The notes: a model not told the origin generated them from the letters alone. Positions 1 through 10,343 are shown, numbered from the stretch's first letter. The stretch: DNA of 64,000 bases from Candidatus Heimdallarchaeota archaeon (GCA_018238155.1 JABCTZ010000032.1:288001-352000), one strand, 5' to 3'. Numbers and translations are program-made.

Positions 1-2
1 TT

Positions 3-272
3 CCTGTCCGAAATGAAATTATTGCCGATGAAGTCGTTATTGGACCACCTGGTTTAACGAGATTCGAAAAGGCTCGCATTATGGGTGCAAGAGGACTACA
101 AATTTCTTTGGGTGCACCAATCTTAGTAAAAATTAAGAAAGATCTTTCAGACCCTATTCTAATTGCTGAAGTAGAATTATATAAGAATGTTTTACCTTTA
201 ACAATTTCCAGGTTACTTCCTGATGGAAAATATCAAAATATTCCATTGAGTTGGTTGTTGAAAGGTAAATAA
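3..272 (+). CDS. rpoK: DNA-directed RNA polymerase subunit K/Rpo6 (5' truncated by window)
   Basis: Frame is open from position 3: ...[26 protein letters not shown]...[12 protein letters not shown], the Rpo6/RPB6 signature. The ORF-track start at 81 is internal. Confidence 0.93.
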   Translation, partial: PVRNEIIADEVVIGPPGLTRFEKARIMGARGLQISLGAPILVKIKKDLSDPILIAEVELYKNVLPLTISRLLPDGKYQNIPLSWLLKGK

Positions 273-298
273 CTCTTACATTCTTTTTTTAAATTTTT

Positions 299-1666
299 CT
301 AATTTTCGATGTTAAATGAATCTCCAGCTTTAGGGATATAGGAAGTCTTCTTTCTATCGAATTCTTTTTGTACAGATTGTGCTGCTTCTTCAACACAATG
401 AACAAAGATGTACTTGTCACTATTTATAGCTTTTAGCATTTTGATAAGTTCATTTCTTTGAGCATGTCCAGAGAATTGGAATTGCCTTACTTTTGCTTTT
501 ATTTCAATTTTGGTTCCTTGACCTTTTCGATTTCTTGACCAATTGAATAACTGAATATTGCGTTCACCATCAACGATTGACCTACCAATTGTTCCCTCAA
601 CTTGATACCCAGATATTGCTATAAGATTTTCAGGTTTAGTTGCACCATGTAAAAGGTATGAATGCATGGGTCCGCCTTCAAGCATACCTGAGGTTGAGAG
701 AATAATATTTGGTTTCTTTTCAGTTACGATCATTTTTCTGAATGTATCTAAATTATCTGCAATATTACGATTCATTGGTATAAAATTTCGTAAATCAAAG
801 GGAACTTCAATTCTATGATCCTTGCACCAATTCATTATTTTTTTAGAAACCCAATACTCCGTGAAATAGCTGCGATAGATTTGATTCATTTTCAAGAGCA
901 TTCCGTCCATATAGATCTTGAAATTACTACCGATAAACTCTCGAGCAAGAATCGCTTCAATTTCTTGTCCTCTCCCTAAAGCAAAAGTTGGGATAATGGT
1001 TATACCACTATTTCTTCTTGTATTATAAATGGCATCCACAATTGCTAGATTTGGTTTCTCTCTATTTGGAAGGTCTCTCAAACCGTTTGTTGCTTCTGAG
1101 ATAACTACTGAAATATCCTCAAGTTGCGGATATTTATTTGAATCATGATAAGGAGTTGCGAATGTATTAATATCTCCAGTATAAAAAATAAGTTGCCCTT
1201 TCCAATTAAGTAAAATGCTTGCAGAACCCAATATATGTCCTGCATCAAAAAACGTGGCTGTAACACCATCAGCGATTTTGAACGATCTATCATAATAATG
1301 AGTACTAATTTGATACAAGGTATCATACATATTGTCTTCTGTCCAATGTCTATCACCTTCGATTTTAAGGTGATCCCTCCATAAAACAGCACAAATATCT
1401 TTCGTAGGGTGAGTCATATGAATGGTACCTTTATAGCCTAACCTAACTAATTTTGGAATATAACCTGAATGATCAAAATGAGCATGGGATAGTATTACTC
1501 CATGTAAATCTTTTGCAATTTCATCTATTCCTTCGGGGGGGATCGTAGGTTGTTTTGGACGTATTTTTAAACCACAATCTAATAATATTCTTGTATCTTT
1601 GTCTTCAATGAGGACAGCACTTCGACCAATTTCTTTCGCCGCACCATAAACTGTTATTTTTACCAA
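299..1666 (-). CDS. MBL-fold beta-CASP ribonuclease (aCPSF2-like, no KH domains)
   Basis: GAAKEIGRS, LLDCG, SHAHFDH, AGHILGS, YTGD, PTFALGRGQE, SGMLEGG, FSGHA and FVH motifs. Confidence 0.9.
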   Translation of the reverse strand: MVKITVYGAAKEIGRSAVLIEDKDTRILLDCGLKIRPKQPTIPPEGIDEIAKDLHGVILSHAHFDHSGYIPKLVRLGYKGTIHMTHPTKDICAVLWRDHLKIEGDRHWTEDNMYDTLYQISTHYYDRSFKIADGVTATFFDAGHILGSASILLNWKGQLIFYTGDINTFATPYHDSNKYPQLEDISVVISEATNGLRDLPNREKPNLAIVDAIYNTRRNSGITIIPTFALGRGQEIEAILAREFIGSNFKIYMDGMLLKMNQIYRSYFTEYWVSKKIMNWCKDHRIEVPFDLRNFIPMNRNIADNLDTFRKMIVTEKKPNIILSTSGMLEGGPMHSYLLHGATKPENLIAISGYQVEGTIGRSIVDGERNIQLFNWSRNRKGQGTKIEIKAKVRQFQFSGHAQRNELIKMLKAINSDKYIFVHCVEEAAQSVQKEFDRKKTSYIPKAGDSFNIEN

Positions 1667-1939
1667 TAAATTTTCACAACCAATAATAAATTTAGAATTT
1701 CATTTGGGAATGCTCTTGTTGAAATACATTATGCAATAAATCTTCCGATACCATTTTTAAATAATCCTCAATAGTATTTTATTCTTCTTGTTGCAAAAAT
1801 AGCTAATATTCTTAATAATGAAAGGTTTATTTTTAGAAAGCACCAATAATATACTGATAGACCATGTTTAAATAACGGTTTGATGATTTGATATACATTC
1901 CAAAACAAATATGCTGAAAAAATAATTGAGGTTGTTTCT

Positions 1940-2632
1940 TTGAGTGATAATGAAAAAATAAATGATGCTTACCAGAATTTTGCCGAAGGTTTAGAAGAAG
2001 TTGAAAAAGAAGACAAAGAGAAGAGAAAAGAAGTATTGAAGAAAGGTATTATGGATCTTGAGCAAGAATTTCGTGATGAGATTAAAGGCACACATGCTGT
2101 TGATGCACGAATTGTTAAGCTTCGAAAAGAAGCTGATATGCCTGAATTGATTGGTGTTGGAGATCGTGTCCAAAAGAGTCGATTTAAAGATAAAAGTAAA
2201 TACGAACAGTTTCTTGCTAAGGAAATATTGGAAGTAGGTATAGATGAGAGTAGACGTTATGGAGGAATAATGACCTTCCAAGAATTTTGCCTTCGTTTTG
2301 TTGAAATGAGACCCAACTGGGAAGCTCCTCCTAAGGAAATTAGAAAAGCACTAGAATATCTCGCTGAAGCAGGACTCATTCCTAAATTGTATAAAATGAA
2401 GAATAAAGATAATCTGATTACCTTTAAACCAGTTGAATTACATGATGATGTCAAAACTATTCTCAATGTCGCATCAACTATTGGCACAACAAATGTCACA
2501 GAAATTGTGACATTACTAGGTTGGAAGAAAGAACGCGTAGAATTGATGTTAAGAAATTTATCTGAACAAGAAATGGCCTATTATGATAAAAAGGACGATG
2601 TCTATTTCTTTCCATGTTTGAAAAAGAAATGA
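1940..2632 (+). CDS. EAP30-domain ESCRT-II Vps22/Vps36-like protein
   Basis: LAKEILEV..RYGGIMTFQE..EIRKALEYL..PVELHDDVKTILNVA..LGWKKERVELML..MAYYD..YFFP parallels the tandem winged helices of SNF8/Vps22 (recalled alignment). Confidence 0.8.
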   Translation: MSDNEKINDAYQNFAEGLEEVEKEDKEKRKEVLKKGIMDLEQEFRDEIKGTHAVDARIVKLRKEADMPELIGVGDRVQKSRFKDKSKYEQFLAKEILEVGIDESRRYGGIMTFQEFCLRFVEMRPNWEAPPKEIRKALEYLAEAGLIPKLYKMKNKDNLITFKPVELHDDVKTILNVASTIGTTNVTEIVTLLGWKKERVELMLRNLSEQEMAYYDKKDDVYFFPCLKKK

Positions 2633-2717
2633 TAAAGCCATTTTCTTTTCAATTCTTCAAAAAGAATTATAAGTTATCTTTTTTTGTTTTCTTTAAGCCA
2701 AAGTTGGTTGTGTATAA

Positions 2718-3950
2718 TTGAAGAAGATTCTTATTGTTGACTATATTGTTGGCGGGGGATTCGCAGAAGAAGATCTTCCCCTAGATCGCCTTGCAGAAGG
2801 CTATGCGATTTTACGAGCATGTATAGAACATTTTGCAAAACTCGGTTACAAAATTTCTACTTTAATAGATCAAAGACTCATGCAACATATCAGAATCTCT
2901 CCGATACATGATTTCATTTCTATTGCTACTCATGAAGATTTTATTACTGGGTTACAAACTTTAGCTGATAAAGTAGATTATTCAATGACATCTGCACCTG
3001 AATCAAAAGGCATTCTAAAAGATCTTTCTTCCATCATGGAAAATTCAAAATCTTTGTATCTAGGTAGTAAATCAGAATCAATTGAAATTGCTGCTGATAA
3101 AATAAAAACAATGGAAGTTGCAAAGAAATTAGGTTTGAATGTTCCAGCTACATTTTCTCCTTCTTATAGTGATCCATTTGATAAAATTCAATCTGAAGTT
3201 GATATTCTCGGCTTTCCCTTAATCATTAAACCAATCGATGGTTGCGGTTGCAAAGGATTAACTAAAGCAACCAATGTGGATGGCTTGCGATTTGGATTAC
3301 AATCCGCTCATTCAGAAACTAATATGGAGAATTGTATAGTCCAGGAATTCATCCCCGGAGTGCCTATCAGCGTGAGTATAATTGCAAAAAATAAGAAAGC
3401 CTATCCAATTTCAATTAATCACCAAAACATTAGGTTGGATTCAAAGAACTATTCTGGTAATTATCTCGGTGGAGAAATTCCATTTAACATTCCAGAATAT
3501 CATGATGAAATTATAGATGCTTCACTGAAATTAGTAAAAGAATTGGATTTGCAAGGTTGTGTAGGTGTTGACCTTATTGCAGGAGAAGAAGGTGTATTTG
3601 TTATCGAAGTAAATCCTCGAATAACTGTACCTTATATTGCTCTAAAAGAAATAGCTTCTCAGAATCTTGCTCAAATTTTAATAGATTTAATAGAAAATGA
3701 CAAAGAAGTTCCCGCTATAACATTTAATGGCTATGTATCCTTCTCGAAGATTTCTATTCCATCTTCTGTTAGCAAAAAAGCTAGGTTTGAGCGTGTCACA
3801 GGAATCGATGGTGTCCAAGCTCCTCCATTGCCTATCGGTAATAATTCTCACACATACTCTTTGATTATGGGTTTTGGATCCACACTTACTCATGCAAGAA
3901 AAGATTTACAGAAAGTTAAAAATGAAATTCTAAAAGGCTTATCCGGATAA
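2718..3950 (+). CDS. mfnD: ATP-grasp ligase, tyramine--L-glutamate ligase MfnD-like
   Basis: N-terminal ILIVDYIVGGG..LAEGYAIL, then APE, ADK, IIKPIDGCGC, QEFIPG, EVNPRIT. Confidence 0.7.
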   Translation: MKKILIVDYIVGGGFAEEDLPLDRLAEGYAILRACIEHFAKLGYKISTLIDQRLMQHIRISPIHDFISIATHEDFITGLQTLADKVDYSMTSAPESKGILKDLSSIMENSKSLYLGSKSESIEIAADKIKTMEVAKKLGLNVPATFSPSYSDPFDKIQSEVDILGFPLIIKPIDGCGCKGLTKATNVDGLRFGLQSAHSETNMENCIVQEFIPGVPISVSIIAKNKKAYPISINHQNIRLDSKNYSGNYLGGEIPFNIPEYHDEIIDASLKLVKELDLQGCVGVDLIAGEEGVFVIEVNPRITVPYIALKEIASQNLAQILIDLIENDKEVPAITFNGYVSFSKISIPSSVSKKARFERVTGIDGVQAPPLPIGNNSHTYSLIMGFGSTLTHARKDLQKVKNEILKGLSG

Positions 3951-4006
3951 TCTTTCTGTTTTTCCAAATAAACTTTTACTTTTAAAAAAAATCAGCTAGG
4001 AATAGC

Positions 4007-4029
4007 TTGAGTCTCATGTGAGTACTCAA
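4007..4029 (-). terminator. Stem-loop downstream of rps17e, followed by a T-run on the minus strand
   Basis: TTGAGT-CTCA-TG-TGAG-T-ACTCAA inverted repeat between convergent genes. Confidence 0.4.
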
Positions 4030-4046
4030 CAACGAAATTGAAGGGT

Positions 4047-4286
4047 TTAGTTGGTGCCACTACCAACTGCTAACTTCTCAATGACTTGTACTTTGCCATC
4101 CTTAATTTGAACCATAATTGTTGTAACATAACCTGCGATTCTATTTCGCATACGTTTAGATTGAACATTTGTTAGTTTATTTACAAGCAATTTGTTATGA
4201 TCAAAGTCAATAGAGAAATGCTGGTGATATTTAGCAACTAATTCTTTTGATGTTCTTTTGATTTTATCAGATCGAATATTACCCAT
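4047..4286 (-). CDS. rps17e: 30S ribosomal protein S17e
   Basis: MGNIRS..IKR..DFDHNK..SKRMRNRIAGYVT; GGAGG SD precedes ATG 4286. Confidence 0.95.
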   Translation of the reverse strand: MGNIRSDKIKRTSKELVAKYHQHFSIDFDHNKLLVNKLTNVQSKRMRNRIAGYVTTIMVQIKDGKVQVIEKLAVGSGTN

Positions 4287-4560
4287 GGGCAATCCTCCGT
4301 TATATATATTGAATTGCCGAGCTATCCTTTAATAAATCTTATCTACTCTCTCTATTTTGAAAATAGGTTCATTATTGCTTCAATTCTATTATCCAAGTGT
4401 AAAAATAACTTTAAATAATCTTCTTTTTGGAGTAAAGTAATTCCTAGATGATGGCAAGCCTTTTGAGGACTTTGTCATCTTAAAGTCTATGAAAAGTTTA
4501 AAAATAATGATTGAATTGTCCGATTACGGTTTAATCAAAGAAAGAACAAATTCGGAAGAA

Positions 4561-4574
4561 TTGACTATAGTCAA
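4561..4574. promoter_or_regulatory. Perfect 14-bp palindrome just upstream of the RBS of the 4593 gene
   Basis: TTGACTATAGTCAA is self-complementary; function unknown. Confidence 0.3.
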
Positions 4575-4592
4575 TAACCTCGGTGAAAGAAA

Positions 4593-6428
4593 TTGAATAT
4601 TCGCTCAAAGAAACTTATGACATACGCACTTTTAGTTTTAGTGATACCATTTGTCTCACTACTAACATTAAAGCAACATGATGTTGCAGCTGAAAGTCCA
4701 ACAATTAGCATTACTGATGTGACCTCTACTCATACGTATCGAATTGATGTCACAGTTGAAATTACTTTATCTGGGTACAATTGGGATTTGTACACCAAAA
4801 CACTATATTTGTATCTAAATCAATCTGAAGCAAATATCCTCATTGATCTTGCGGATGATGAATATAATGGTTATAATTCTTCCAAAATTTTCGGTAGGCA
4901 AGATGAAGCAACTTTTGATACTTCCATTCTTTCGCCAACATTAGCTGATGGCTCAGGTGAAGATTCAGCTAGTTACAATGTAACTGTTGTTGCTCTTACA
5001 AATGAGGGTGATCAAAGTGCTATTGTTGTTTGGAGCGGTGGCTTTATTTTCATTGATACAGAACCACCTAAAGTTACTTTCGATACACCTTCTGTAGGGT
5101 ACGAAGAAGTTTGGGGGATTTTCCAAATCAAAGTTAATATTACAGACAAATCAAATTTGAGTCTTGTCCAATTCTTTGTCAATGGTGAAGAGAGGCATAG
5201 AATTGAAAATCCTAACCCCTCTCAAACTATGTTTACTTGGGATTATGAAAGCTACAGAGAAGTTGCAGAAGAACCTCTCATTAAGGTTACCGCCCATGAT
5301 AATAGTTCTGCTCTGAATTTTGAGGATAATACTACAGCAGTAAAAGTTGTAGGTCCTTCATTATATTTAGTGGAATCTGTTCCAAAAATAATCGATTCAA
5401 ATGAAACTTTGACTTTCAATATAACAATAACAGATACAAATAATCCGGAACTTGATCTCGATTATGTTGGATTATTATACTCAATAGATGAAGGCGCCTG
5501 GGTTGAGGCAGCATTCAATAATCTAACTGTAGATGAAGAAACTCAAGGTAAATTCAATTATACTCTGAACCCATTACCTGTAGGAACAATGATTGAATGG
5601 AAAATCTTTGCAAATAATACTGATGGTCAATATCATGAATTTAAAAATGAAACTTATCAACCATTTGTAGCAAAATCAGTATTTCCAGATCACATCCTAC
5701 CAAAAGGTGAAGTGGAATATGAGCCTATAGTAACTTACGCTCTAAATGCTACTGTGAAACTAAATGTAACAGAACATAGTGTGGTTAATTTCTGCAATCT
5801 AAATTACAGAATTGATATAGAAGACGAATTTGAAGAACTAGTATTAACCAATACTACAACTGGAGCAGAAAACAACACCTGGTTCTATTTTGAATATAAT
5901 TTCACAGAAACTTATGATGTATTTACTATTATTGACTTTTATTTCTGGGTAAATGATAGTGGTGGTAATGAACTTACTTTGGACAATAGTGGTAAATATT
6001 ACCATATCAAAGTAATGCCTGTAGATATGATTGCACCTGTGATTAATGTTACACTAGTACCAGAAATAATTGTCTCAGGTCAGAATGTTACCGTTACAGT
6101 AACCATTGAAGAAAGCAGTATTTTACTCTCGGTTCAAGTCTTCTATTACATTAATGGTGAACAGCATGTAGTTGATATGAACTATGTGTCTGGAACAACA
6201 TATTCTGTAAGCTTTACAATAGAAGCAAGCACTGGTGATAAAGTAGAAATCTTTGTCAGAGCATATGATGAATACTACAATACAGCAGATTCTGAAGTAT
6301 ACAAATTCGAAATCGAATCAGCAAAATCATTTGGATCACATTCAAATGCTTGGTTATGGCTATTGCTTATTGCATTGATCATTATCCCATTAGCAATAAC
6401 ATTCGTGTTGCTAAAACCACAGAAATAA
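4593..6428 (+). CDS. Cell-surface glycoprotein with multiple Ig-like domains
   Basis: Signal peptide, DTEPP/DMIAP Ig-domain linkers, many N-x-S/T sequons, C-terminal TM helix. Confidence 0.8.
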   Translation: MNIRSKKLMTYALLVLVIPFVSLLTLKQHDVAAESPTISITDVTSTHTYRIDVTVEITLSGYNWDLYTKTLYLYLNQSEANILIDLADDEYNGYNSSKIFGRQDEATFDTSILSPTLADGSGEDSASYNVTVVALTNEGDQSAIVVWSGGFIFIDTEPPKVTFDTPSVGYEEVWGIFQIKVNITDKSNLSLVQFFVNGEERHRIENPNPSQTMFTWDYESYREVAEEPLIKVTAHDNSSALNFEDNTTAVKVVGPSLYLVESVPKIIDSNETLTFNITITDTNNPELDLDYVGLLYSIDEGAWVEAAFNNLTVDEETQGKFNYTLNPLPVGTMIEWKIFANNTDGQYHEFKNETYQPFVAKSVFPDHILPKGEVEYEPIVTYALNATVKLNVTEHSVVNFCNLNYRIDIEDEFEELVLTNTTTGAENNTWFYFEYNFTETYDVFTIIDFYFWVNDSGGNELTLDNSGKYYHIKVMPVDMIAPVINVTLVPEIIVSGQNVTVTVTIEESSILLSVQVFYYINGEQHVVDMNYVSGTTYSVSFTIEASTGDKVEIFVRAYDEYYNTADSEVYKFEIESAKSFGSHSNAWLWLLLIALIIIPLAITFVLLKPQK

Positions 6429-6548
6429 TCAAACCATTGATTGAGGGTTACTCCCTCAAAAAAATTCTTTTTTTACTCTCTGATTGTACCTTTCTCAGAA
6501 TTTTTATTACCTTAGATTTTCTAATGATAATCTTTTTCTGAAGACAAA

Positions 6549-6713
6549 TCAAATATTGTTTTTAATTCGACTTTGATTGTTTTTGAGATAAATAGCTAGT
6601 GAGTCTATTGCTATAGTTAAAACTACATTGAATACTGCAGCAGTAATGACAATTGATACAATACCATAAATTACACTAACATCAAGTGCCCTTGGAACAT
6701 ATAACACACTCAA
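6549..6713 (-). CDS. Putative 54-aa small membrane protein
   Basis: TTG start; MSVLYVPRALDVSVIYGIVSIVITAAVFNVVLTIAIDSLAIYLKNNQSRIKNNI has one hydrophobic helix and a basic tail; below ORF-track cutoff. Confidence 0.4.
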   Translation of the reverse strand: MSVLYVPRALDVSVIYGIVSIVITAAVFNVVLTIAIDSLAIYLKNNQSRIKNNI

Positions 6714-6819
6714 GAATAACTACTAAAACTAACCAACTAACTAACTCTCGATAATAATTTAAGTAATACATTGAATAATGTTCTCAGAAACATGTAAGAG
6801 AAAATTTGGTGAATTATTT

Positions 6820-7011
6820 ATGCCGGTAATTATTGTTGAAGGTCCAATAAAGAGTGTCGAAGAAAAAAGAAAATTGGTTGAATTGCTAACTAAAGCAATG
6901 AAAGAAGCCTATGGTTATCCCGAAGAGTTTTCACATGTAACTGTGATCATTAATGAGAACAATTCTGATAACATTGGAATTGATGGTAAGCTTTTGGCTG
7001 ATCTAAGATAG
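6820..7011 (+). CDS. 4-oxalocrotonate tautomerase family protein
   Basis: GGTGA SD then MPVIIVEG (catalytic Pro1), ..EEKRKLV..VTVII.E..NIGIDG; 63 aa. Confidence 0.9.
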   Translation: MPVIIVEGPIKSVEEKRKLVELLTKAMKEAYGYPEEFSHVTVIINENNSDNIGIDGKLLADLR

Positions 7012-7026
7012 AATGAATAGATTTCT

Positions 7027-7998
7027 CTATTCTTCTTTCTTTAAAACATATGCAAGTTTAACCCAATCTTCTTTGAATCCTTTAGTTTTGTAAAGACTGT
7101 AAGCAGGACTATTTGTTAAATCAACATTTAGACTTGCAGTTTTATAGTCATTTTCCACCAATTTGTTTAACATAGTATCAATGAGAAATGAACCAATACC
7201 AAGTCTACGGTATTTTGGATGAACACCCATTACCCAAAGATTTCCATTGTGTGGTCCATGAGATTCTCTTACCACTGAATAAGCAATCATTTTATTGTCA
7301 TCGAATATCCCTAGTGAACTATCCTGAATTAATTTAAATGAATCATTCAGTATTCTATTATCAAAATAGTCTCTGATTTCTTCATCAGATAAGCTTAACA
7401 TCCATCCATCTTCGGTGTCTCTAAATGTTCTGTGAAAGCAATTGTAGAAGTCATCAATATTGACTTGTGAAATTGGTTTTATCTGTCGCTTAGTGTCTTC
7501 TTGTAGATGGCGTTGTTGATGGTTAGTAAGATCCATTCTCATATGACAAATTTGTTCTATTAGCTCAAATTTATTCGATGTATATAGTCTCCTAAATAAT
7601 TGCTTCTCTTCGGAACCCTCTTTGTTAAAAAGCAAATCAATCCGTGTGTACTTACTTTGATTAAAGTAGTCAATTGCATTTTTCAGTAGGTGTTTAGCAA
7701 TGGTCTCTTTATCTTCACCAAGTCCTATTATTGGATGACCACCTAATGCAAAAGGATTGAGCTCTAGTTCTGTTTTTGAATGTGCAAATAGCATTACCCA
7801 TCCAACTAGTTTGGCATCCCGTTTTGCTTGAACAATTTGAGGTTCAATGGTATAATCAAGATTTTTCAACCAATTAGTAAAACCTTCTACTGTGTATTGG
7901 TTCCCCTTAGCATTCCAAATGTCTATTGATAATTTGGCTAGTTCTGCTAATTCGATTTCAGCATAATTCTTTGTGGTATAAGTTATTGTATTGGCCAT
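7027..7998 (-). CDS. Tandem GNAT N-acetyltransferase
   Basis: C-terminal motif A MGVHPKYRRLGIG and LNVDLTNSPAYSLY..GF; degenerate N-terminal GNAT. Confidence 0.85.
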   Translation of the reverse strand: MANTITYTTKNYAEIELAELAKLSIDIWNAKGNQYTVEGFTNWLKNLDYTIEPQIVQAKRDAKLVGWVMLFAHSKTELELNPFALGGHPIIGLGEDKETIAKHLLKNAIDYFNQSKYTRIDLLFNKEGSEEKQLFRRLYTSNKFELIEQICHMRMDLTNHQQRHLQEDTKRQIKPISQVNIDDFYNCFHRTFRDTEDGWMLSLSDEEIRDYFDNRILNDSFKLIQDSSLGIFDDNKMIAYSVVRESHGPHNGNLWVMGVHPKYRRLGIGSFLIDTMLNKLVENDYKTASLNVDLTNSPAYSLYKTKGFKEDWVKLAYVLKKEE

Positions 7999-8111
7999 AA
8001 TATAATACTCCTTGAAGAGGTAATGAAAATAGCATAATTTGTAATAATGTCAAGTAAAGTTAAAGCAGAAATAAAACAAAGAACAAATATTTATCTTAAG
8101 AAAAAACTTGG

Positions 8112-8192
8112 TTAGTTTGATCTTCTGGATGTAAATAAAAGTTGATTGTTGTTTTTTCTAGAGTTGAATTCAAAATTTCCAAACCATGTCAT
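8112..8192 (-). CDS. Putative 26-aa peptide upstream of the GNAT gene
   Basis: GGAGGT SD 9 nt before ATG; MTWFGNFEFNSRKNNNQLLFTSRRSN*. Confidence 0.35.
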   Translation of the reverse strand: MTWFGNFEFNSRKNNNQLLFTSRRSN

Positions 8193-8400
8193 CTTCTACT
8201 TACCTCCGAATAATTGTAATCTAAATTAAGTGATTTTTGTTTAAAAACATAACCTCAGATACTATTTATTTGACTTTAATTTCAATAAATAAAGGAGAAG
8301 AGCTTCTAGAAATTAAGTATTAAATAACATACTCGCGAGATTTTGAAATGAATATATAAATATAGCAAAATATCCGACTATTATAAAGGGTTGAAAAATT

Positions 8401-8745
8401 ATGGAAAGTACTGATGTTTCTGAATCAAAAGAGAAAAACATTGTAACTAAATTTCAAAAATTGACTAAAATAGAAAAAACTTCATTTTTCTATGGACTTA
8501 TTATGTTAATTTTGTTTACATGGGTACCCCTAATTATTGGTTACTATTCCTTAACTGAAAGAAGATTGGAATTTATAATTAATCTTGTTATTTTACTAAT
8601 GGCAATTGCTGGAATAATTATTGGCTTGATTTCATTGAATATAGAAAATAACTCATTCACATTAATTGGATTTCTTTCTAGTATTATTGCAACAGTACTA
8701 ACTGCTTGGTTTATGATTGTATATCAATATATAGTATATTTATAG
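8401..8745 (+). CDS. Small 3-TM membrane protein
   Basis: Three hydrophobic segments in 114 aa. Confidence 0.7.
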   Translation: MESTDVSESKEKNIVTKFQKLTKIEKTSFFYGLIMLILFTWVPLIIGYYSLTERRLEFIINLVILLMAIAGIIIGLISLNIENNSFTLIGFLSSIIATVLTAWFMIVYQYIVYL

Positions 8746-8761
8746 ATACAGCAAAAGAAAG

Positions 8762-8797
8762 TGGTGGGTCTACGCGGATTCGAACCTACCACCTTGG
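8762..8797 (-). pseudogene. Degenerate tRNA 3' half (att-like scar)
   Basis: Reverse complement reads AGGTG GTAGG TTCGAAT CCGCG TAGACCC A CCA (variable loop, T-arm, acceptor 3' strand, CCA); no 5' half present. Confidence 0.7.
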
Positions 8798-8831
8798 AAT
8801 TATTTTAATTGAGTATTTGCACTCTCGAATT

Positions 8832-10343
8832 TTAGGGAGAAGGGAAATAATCACATTTTGGTAGATTTTGACACCCCCCCCAAGCTGCAATTTTTGCCTC
8901 GATTCTGTCCCATAAGTTTAGATCTTCTAGTTCACTAACTGAATAGTTTCTATCTAAACTACAGTAATTGTAAACCCAGCTATCCTCATGATTTTTGTCT
9001 TCCTCTAAATCTCTGCAATGCGCATGTAATAAGATATCTGAAAGATATTCTATTGCTAATTCTCTCACTTGTCTTCCAATATTATTTTCTTGGTCTTCAA
9101 CAGAAACGTTGACTCCAAACCAGTTATGAAATATTCTTGACACTATAAGAAGACGCTCAGCTGGAGGTAGCATAGTTTCTCCCAGAGCAATCAGATTTTC
9201 TTCACTAGGTAATGGAGTTATTTTACTATGTCCATTATATGGATCATCTCCATGACTAAGATACAAATCGTCATTTATGAAGCAGGGAAGAGCGTGACCT
9301 CGGACAGACATCTTTTTTACAGGTATGTTGATTACTCGACAAATACTTCTAAGAAAACCATTTGTTCCATGGCATCCAGCTGTAAAATGTCTCTTACCCC
9401 ACTCAGGATTGAAGGTACTGGTCGTTCCTTTAATAATTCGAGAAACGGGGGGATCTCCTCGATAATGCCATTGAGCATCCATTGAGCTCGTTATTGGACC
9501 ATATAAGTAATGGGTTAAATTTTCACGACACCAATTTATTATATTTGAAATAGCCTTCATTCTGTGAAGAGTATATAGATTTTCACTAGCTAGAAAAGAA
9601 TTAATTACACTAGGAGGTGCAGGAATTGCTCTTCCGAATGAATATGTCTTGAATAAATAACCACCAACATAAGTATTATTTATGTTTGATATAAGCTGAA
9701 ACATCTGCGTGCAATCAAATAGGTTTTCTAATTCTTCAGTGTTGTATGATCTAATTGACCAAGGAAGTCTTCCTTTTATTTCATTTGCCAAACATACTGC
9801 AAGATGAGCTAAGAATAAATGGCAAGCAAAAACTCCTGCAGTAACCGTGAATACTTGATCATCATCTTCTAAATTAGCATAATTTGGCAAAGGATCTGGA
9901 AGAAGTAAATTTTCATATGTTTGGTTTATCCATGCAGATTCGAAAGCCATTTTCAATGTATATTTGATTGTGTTATTCCAATCTGGGTAACTCAATATTT
10001 CTCCATTATCAAACTGAAACTTAATTGCATCTCGAATATTGGGATTATTATCAAGCCAAATGTCAAAATCAGGTGGATTGTAATTACAATCACACCGTAC
10101 TATAGGATTTATAAATTTAATAAAATTACTAGTCTTCCTTTTCATCTGATCTTTTCTTATATCTGCTGTAATTATCTGTTTATTCTCTTCTAATCCCTTA
10201 ACGTCTATAGCATCTATTATCTGCTGAGCTTTCTCTATTGGTAGCAAAATTTTCATATTGCCCAAAGTATCAATGGGTTTCAGTAAATTTTCAAAGTGAA
10301 TTTCCTCAATTTTCTTTTTACCTTTCTTATTTCCTATTTTCAT
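8832..10343 (-). CDS. Hypothetical protein with transglutaminase/papain-like Cys-His-Asp motif arrangement
   Basis: IINWCRENL..TAGCHGTNGFLRSICRVINIPV..GHALPCF..LSHGDDPY. Confidence 0.5.
   Translation of the reverse strand: MKIGNKKGKKKIEEIHFENLLKPIDTLGNMKILLPIEKAQQIIDAIDVKGLEENKQIITADIRKDQMKRKTSNFIKFINPIVRCDCNYNPPDFDIWLDNNPNIRDAIKFQFDNGEILSYPDWNNTIKYTLKMAFESAWINQTYENLLLPDPLPNYANLEDDDQVFTVTAGVFACHLFLAHLAVCLANEIKGRLPWSIRSYNTEELENLFDCTQMFQLISNINNTYVGGYLFKTYSFGRAIPAPPSVINSFLASENLYTLHRMKAISNIINWCRENLTHYLYGPITSSMDAQWHYRGDPPVSRIIKGTTSTFNPEWGKRHFTAGCHGTNGFLRSICRVINIPVKKMSVRGHALPCFINDDLYLSHGDDPYNGHSKITPLPSEENLIALGETMLPPAERLLIVSRIFHNWFGVNVSVEDQENNIGRQVRELAIEYLSDILLHAHCRDLEEDKNHEDSWVYNYCSLDRNYSVSELEDLNLWDRIEAKIAAWGGCQNLPKCDYFPSP

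Noticed and set aside
1856-1866. GATAGACCATG upstream of the Vps22/36-like gene matches 33264-33274 in the putative TnpB guide
   Set aside because: Only 11 nt, the first 3 guide bases do not match, and the guide boundary is uncertain; compatible with chance.
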